Assembly (NCBI GenBank): GCA_907165135.1
Contig: OU015567.1
Coordinates: 14,012,001-14,076,000, forward strand
Direction: 5' to 3'
Length of the DNA: 64,000 nucleotides
From: Oikopleura dioica
Taxonomy: Eukaryota > Animalia > Chordata
In this document: positions 59,947 to 64,000 of the stretch, one piece after another
Position numbering within the stretch: the stretch's first letter is position 1
Layout: every line of letters begins with the position of its first letter
Translations under genes and position numbers: made by a program
Notes under the pieces: generated by a model
Told to the model about the DNA's origin: nothing
Databases searched by the model: none
Seen by the model: only the letters and a program-made list of their open reading frames with translations

Positions 59947-60162
59947 AAACATTCTCCTTTTACCAATATCTTCAATTACTATCTTCAATTAACATTATTA
60001 AAGTTAATCGTCTTCAGTGTTCACGTCCGTTCTGATTCATTACTTTTCCTTGAAAATATAAATGTCTATTTCTTCATTAAAAATATGCTGTCAGTATTTT
60101 GTAGAAACAAAATACTACCTTATGAAGACTTATTCTTTCTTGGAATGTTGATATATTATATT

Positions 60163-61669
60163 TTAAGCAGATAAGAGACTTTCAGTGTCAGAATCAGTTT
60201 CGGCAGATTCAGTTCTTCGAACTGGTGCTTTTTGGATTTGTACCGCTTTTCCGAATGATATTTTAGCAAAGATAAAGACCCAAACTGATAAAAGTCCAAC
60301 AATCATCGATGGTTTGTGAAAACTGTCAGTCGCAAGAACCAGTTTATACAGTAGTAAGTTAGCAGCTTTGGCAAATACGGAGGATATCAGCATCGTTCCA
60401 AAGGCAAGTGAAAAATACTAAAAGAAATTAAAATTGAGGACAAAAGGGGGGTCTACTTTTGGTTCATAAACAAGGAGTAGAAGTGGCGGCCAAAGAGATC
60501 CAAATGCTCGCCCTAATAAAGCCGTGATAACCGAGAAGTACCCGAAGATTTCTCCTTGAAAGCTGCCTAAAATTCCAGACGCTACAAAAAGCGCCCCGCA
60601 GAAGCCGTAGAAAATACCAATTCCGATCGCTTTTCCGAATTCATTTTCACCAACAGACAATTTTCGGTCGAGAAAAGTGATCGTAAAACCGGGAATAAAA
60701 GAGAGTCCAAGCATGATTAGATTTGCATATTCTTTGAAATTATTGAGCGCGATTTGGAAATGCTCGCCTCCGATCCAGGTGGGCCAGCTCGAGCCCATCC
60801 AAGCTTCAAATTTGTGTAATTCTTATGAATTTGAAGGAATAGCTTACCGGCGAACGTGAGGCTCCTCAGACTGAAGGCTGAATATCCGATGCAGATGAAA
60901 TAAATCATTGGTTCGCGAAGAATCGCTTTCAAAGAAGCATCAGTAGTTCGTTCAATTTGATCGTCTCCTCTAACTTCTTGTTGGTTACAGAGGGCTCTGC
61001 GTTTATACAGTGAGTACTCAGACTCTACTTTTTGTGGCAGATGATGTGGGGTCAGAAAAATGATTCTTGGAACTTTGAGTAGAATCGTCAGCGCTCCGAG
61101 AAATGAGAAAATTGTATTTAGGGAGTAGCCAAGATCATGAAAGTATTGAATGGCAAGAAAGGAACTTGAAGATGCAGAATATAGTCCAGCAAATGTCGTC
61201 ATCAGAATTACTGTCCATTTCGGAATCGCTCGTGGAATTTGAACGTTCATCAAGTGGCTAAGAAAACCAGCAGTGCTGATGAGAAGGTATCCAGGGAAGA
61301 GAAAGGTTTGGTTGATATTGATCAGTGCAAGGAAGAGAAAGCCAATTGTGGTGAGAAACAAAGAAATAAGGGAACACGAGAAGTGGCCCCATTTAGTGAT
61401 CATTGCCCCAGAAAGAAGGCTGGAGCTACTGACTGCGATCGTTGTGATTGTATACAACTCGTTGAATAACTATATCTTTTAACGACAATCTTGACATTTT
61501 CCATTACCTCGTCTCTTTTCGAGCAATCGTTAGCATTGCAATAATCAACAAATAAATTTTCTTTGCGCATAATATTCGTAAATATGCCCCAGCCATGATA
61601 CAATCCGTTGAGAAAAAATGTCTCGATTAGACATAAGATTACTGCAGTCCAATTCCCGAGGATACTCAT
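60163..61669 (-). CDS. SLC43: SLC43-like (LAT3/LAT4/EEG1) MFS transporter, about 12 TM
   Basis: LCLIETFFLNGLYHGWGIFTNIMRKENLFVDYC (family-like N-terminus); LYTITTIAVSSSSLLSGAMITKWG; GLYSASSS; multiple TM helices. Three GT-AG introns join in frame. Confidence 0.8.
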
Positions 61670-62060
61670 CTCTACCGCGTCTGTGTACTCTTGGAAAACA
61701 CGGATTAGGAACGATGAGCTAAATGGTAAATCTGCTTTCTGAGTCATAACTTGCCCTCACAAAACACGGTCGTACTCTGAGCCTTTTCAATAACATAAAA
61801 GTTACAATTAAATGTGATTGATGAATTGTATTTATTCATGCAGTTAAGTATTCGAGAATTCTCTTGAATTTTGTCTATTCTATTGTTCTATAAATTATAA
61901 ATTAATTGATGTTAATTTTTTTGAATTATTTTTACAAGTATTATTTGAAAGGAAAAAACCAAAGATAATGACGGAAAATTCAAGAGATCTCAAAAACGGG
62001 TTGGAACTTTGTACAGGCTTTTTTGAATTTCGACTATTGTAGATACTTTTGTACAGTAAA

Positions 62061-64000
62061 TTACTCCATGAATGTCAACAGCTCTTTCTGAAGCTGATCT
62101 ATTCTGTTGACGACGGACTGATCTTTCTTGTCCACTTTTCGTTGCTTTTCTAATTTTTCAATTTCGTCCACAATCTTCAGCGACTTCTGCGTGACAATGG
62201 TCGACATGCTCGCGCCGGCCGAGACGATCTTTTCTCGCAATTTTGAAACGTTGGTTATTGTTGCTTCACTCATGGATTTCACCGTGTCATCCGCTTCCGA
62301 GTTTTCTGGACTCGAGCTTTTCAAACTTTCGGAGTTGATTTCGGACAGAGTGACGACGGAGATTGTGTGGTCTGCACCGATCGTGGTCGTGTCCTCGGGC
62401 TTGACTGACGTATCCACCTGTGCTGGTTCTAAACAGGATCGCGGTTAGTCAAAATAATAGAAGTTACATGACAAAAGGTCAAACCGCATTGATTAATTCC
62501 TCAAAAAATCTACTGAAGCTCCAGAAAATATATAGTTTTTAACAATGGTTACCTAGTGGCACTGGTGGAGCAGGACGTTTGTTTGACTCGGTCGAAATAA
62601 ATTTCGTCTTTGTCAAAACTGGCGAAGCTTCATTTTTGAAAACAGGTAAGTGACTCTTCCTTGATTCCGAAGAAATAGTCTTCGCTAAAATTTCACGGGC
62701 TTCTCCAGAAGCTCGGATCGGGACAGTTCGTTGATTTGGATCGGGACAGTATGATGGTGGATCATCATCGTAGTCAGGCAACTCGTAGGTTTTCATCGAG
62801 TTACAGCGGCTTTGGCAAGAGATGTGAGTTAGCGTTTCGAAGTTTTGAGACTTTTGAGCTCTGAGCTGCGCTGCCTGTTGTTTCGATCGTTTGAGATTCT
62901 CCAGTGCTAAGGCTGCTTCGTTGTCGATCTTTCTTGAGCGGCATCGAAGACAACAATGGACGGTGCAGCCGCAGCAGATAAGAATAATAACTCCAGCGAT
63001 CAGGCCAATAATGAGGACAATCTTCATCGGATCTGCAGCAGCAACGCCGAGGAGATCGACAAGGCCGGAATATGCATCAAAGAGATCTTCGCCAAGGAAT
63101 TTTTTGACCGCTACAGTGTTGGAGGCATCGTTGACCTCGCCAAGCTCGGCTCGAAAGATTTGCTCAACTGAAAATAGAATAATATTGATATAATGTTATA
63201 ACTTTTATGAGGAATCATAAAAATCAATAAGCGCTCGGTTGATTCTAAACCTTTAGGGTCAACGTAGGGCTGCTCTCCATCGGAAATGCCAAGAGTCATA
63301 AAACTTGGTCTCCTAACCGCATTCGCCGACCACATCTCTTTGAAACCCAAGTCAGTCGATTTGTCATCATCACCGGTCCATTCAGGCTCCTCCCGACCGC
63401 CAAAGGGCAGCCAGGCTTTTTGCTCTGGCTCGGCGTCGAGAACGTTTTCGGAACCGCCAAAAAGGAAGGAACCCATTCCTGCGGGTGGTTCGGGTGTTCC
63501 TAGAGGTCTCTAAAAATAACGTTAACTTCGGTTCTTCAGCTTGGAATCTTGAAATAAAAATTTGAATAAGAACCGATTGAATTCTCTTTGGCCGTCGTTT
63601 TCGTTGAACTTCTTGCTGCTTAGGCACAACACCACGGCTAGAAACAACATATCCTCCATATTCTCGCTGGCCATAGTCGTATTCATAATCATTGATGGCG
63701 AAGGGATTGTCGTACTGGGGTGGAGGATCGAGGTACTCCACGTCAGGATTTCTACCCATTCCAAATTGAGGTTGTTGAGCAATAAGACCAGGTTGAGCTA
63801 TTTGACCGTATTGAGGGATAACTTGAGCTGGTTGAGCCTGAATGTTTTGAATCGGAAATCTTTGTTGAGAACCGTATCCAAATATCTCAGGATAGAGCAT
63901 TGCCATATTTTGCTGCTGAAGCTGAGTTGGGTCGATTTTCGGCTTGAGAGTGTACGTGTCTGCGACTGCTTTGAAGGTGAAAGCATAACCCTTCGAGTAG
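62061..64000 (-). CDS. Single-pass membrane protein with Q/P-rich ectodomain, Cys-rich juxtamembrane segment and PPSY motif; 5' end beyond the window
   Basis: Exons 64000-63580, 63510-63251, 63166-62553 and 62428-62061 join in frame through GT-AG introns. TM IVLIIGLIAGVIILICCGCTVHCCLRCR; cytoplasmic DDPPSYCP; C-terminal coiled-coil-like segment. Confidence 0.75.

Noticed and set aside
1-64000. rRNA, tRNA, snRNA or autonomous transposase genes
   Set aside because: None was recognisable by eye. A covariance-model scan (Rfam, tRNAscan) would be needed to exclude small RNAs.

Overview
Eukaryotic, very compact metazoan genomic DNA. Most introns are about 40-60 nt, intergenic spacers are tiny, splice acceptors often sit just upstream of ATGs, and several introns can only be GA-AG. 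This combination points to a larvacean tunicate, most likely Oikopleura (inference; no database search was possible). The window holds about 20 spliced protein-coding genes. Confidently recognisable: xanthine dehydrogenase, cytosolic phospholipase A2, neurabin/spinophilin, MED18, cyclin B3, a CPT1-like carnitine acyltransferase, an SLC43-like transporter, a NAT8-like GNAT, a claudin/PMP22-like protein, an astacin-EGF-vWA protease, a single-kringle secreted protein, and a C-type-lectin/Thr-rich/CBM2-like protein. It also holds many short non-autonomous DNA transposons (MITEs). No rRNA, tRNA, CRISPR or autonomous transposase was seen. The main observations are: (1) an 8-bp-TSD MITE inside a CPT1 coding exon whose terminal CAG plus a host GT could splice it out in frame, i.e. 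a possible intron gain in progress; (2) five frame-required GA-AG introns sharing an (A)G|GA donor and an A-rich acceptor, one of which is itself a hairpin; (3) a lectin fused to a bacterial-type cellulose-binding-like module, a candidate cellulose-house component; (4) a dispersed palindromic element family whose best-conserved core is an AP-1-type CCTGAGTCAGG. All exon structures were derived by hand and need RNA-seq confirmation.
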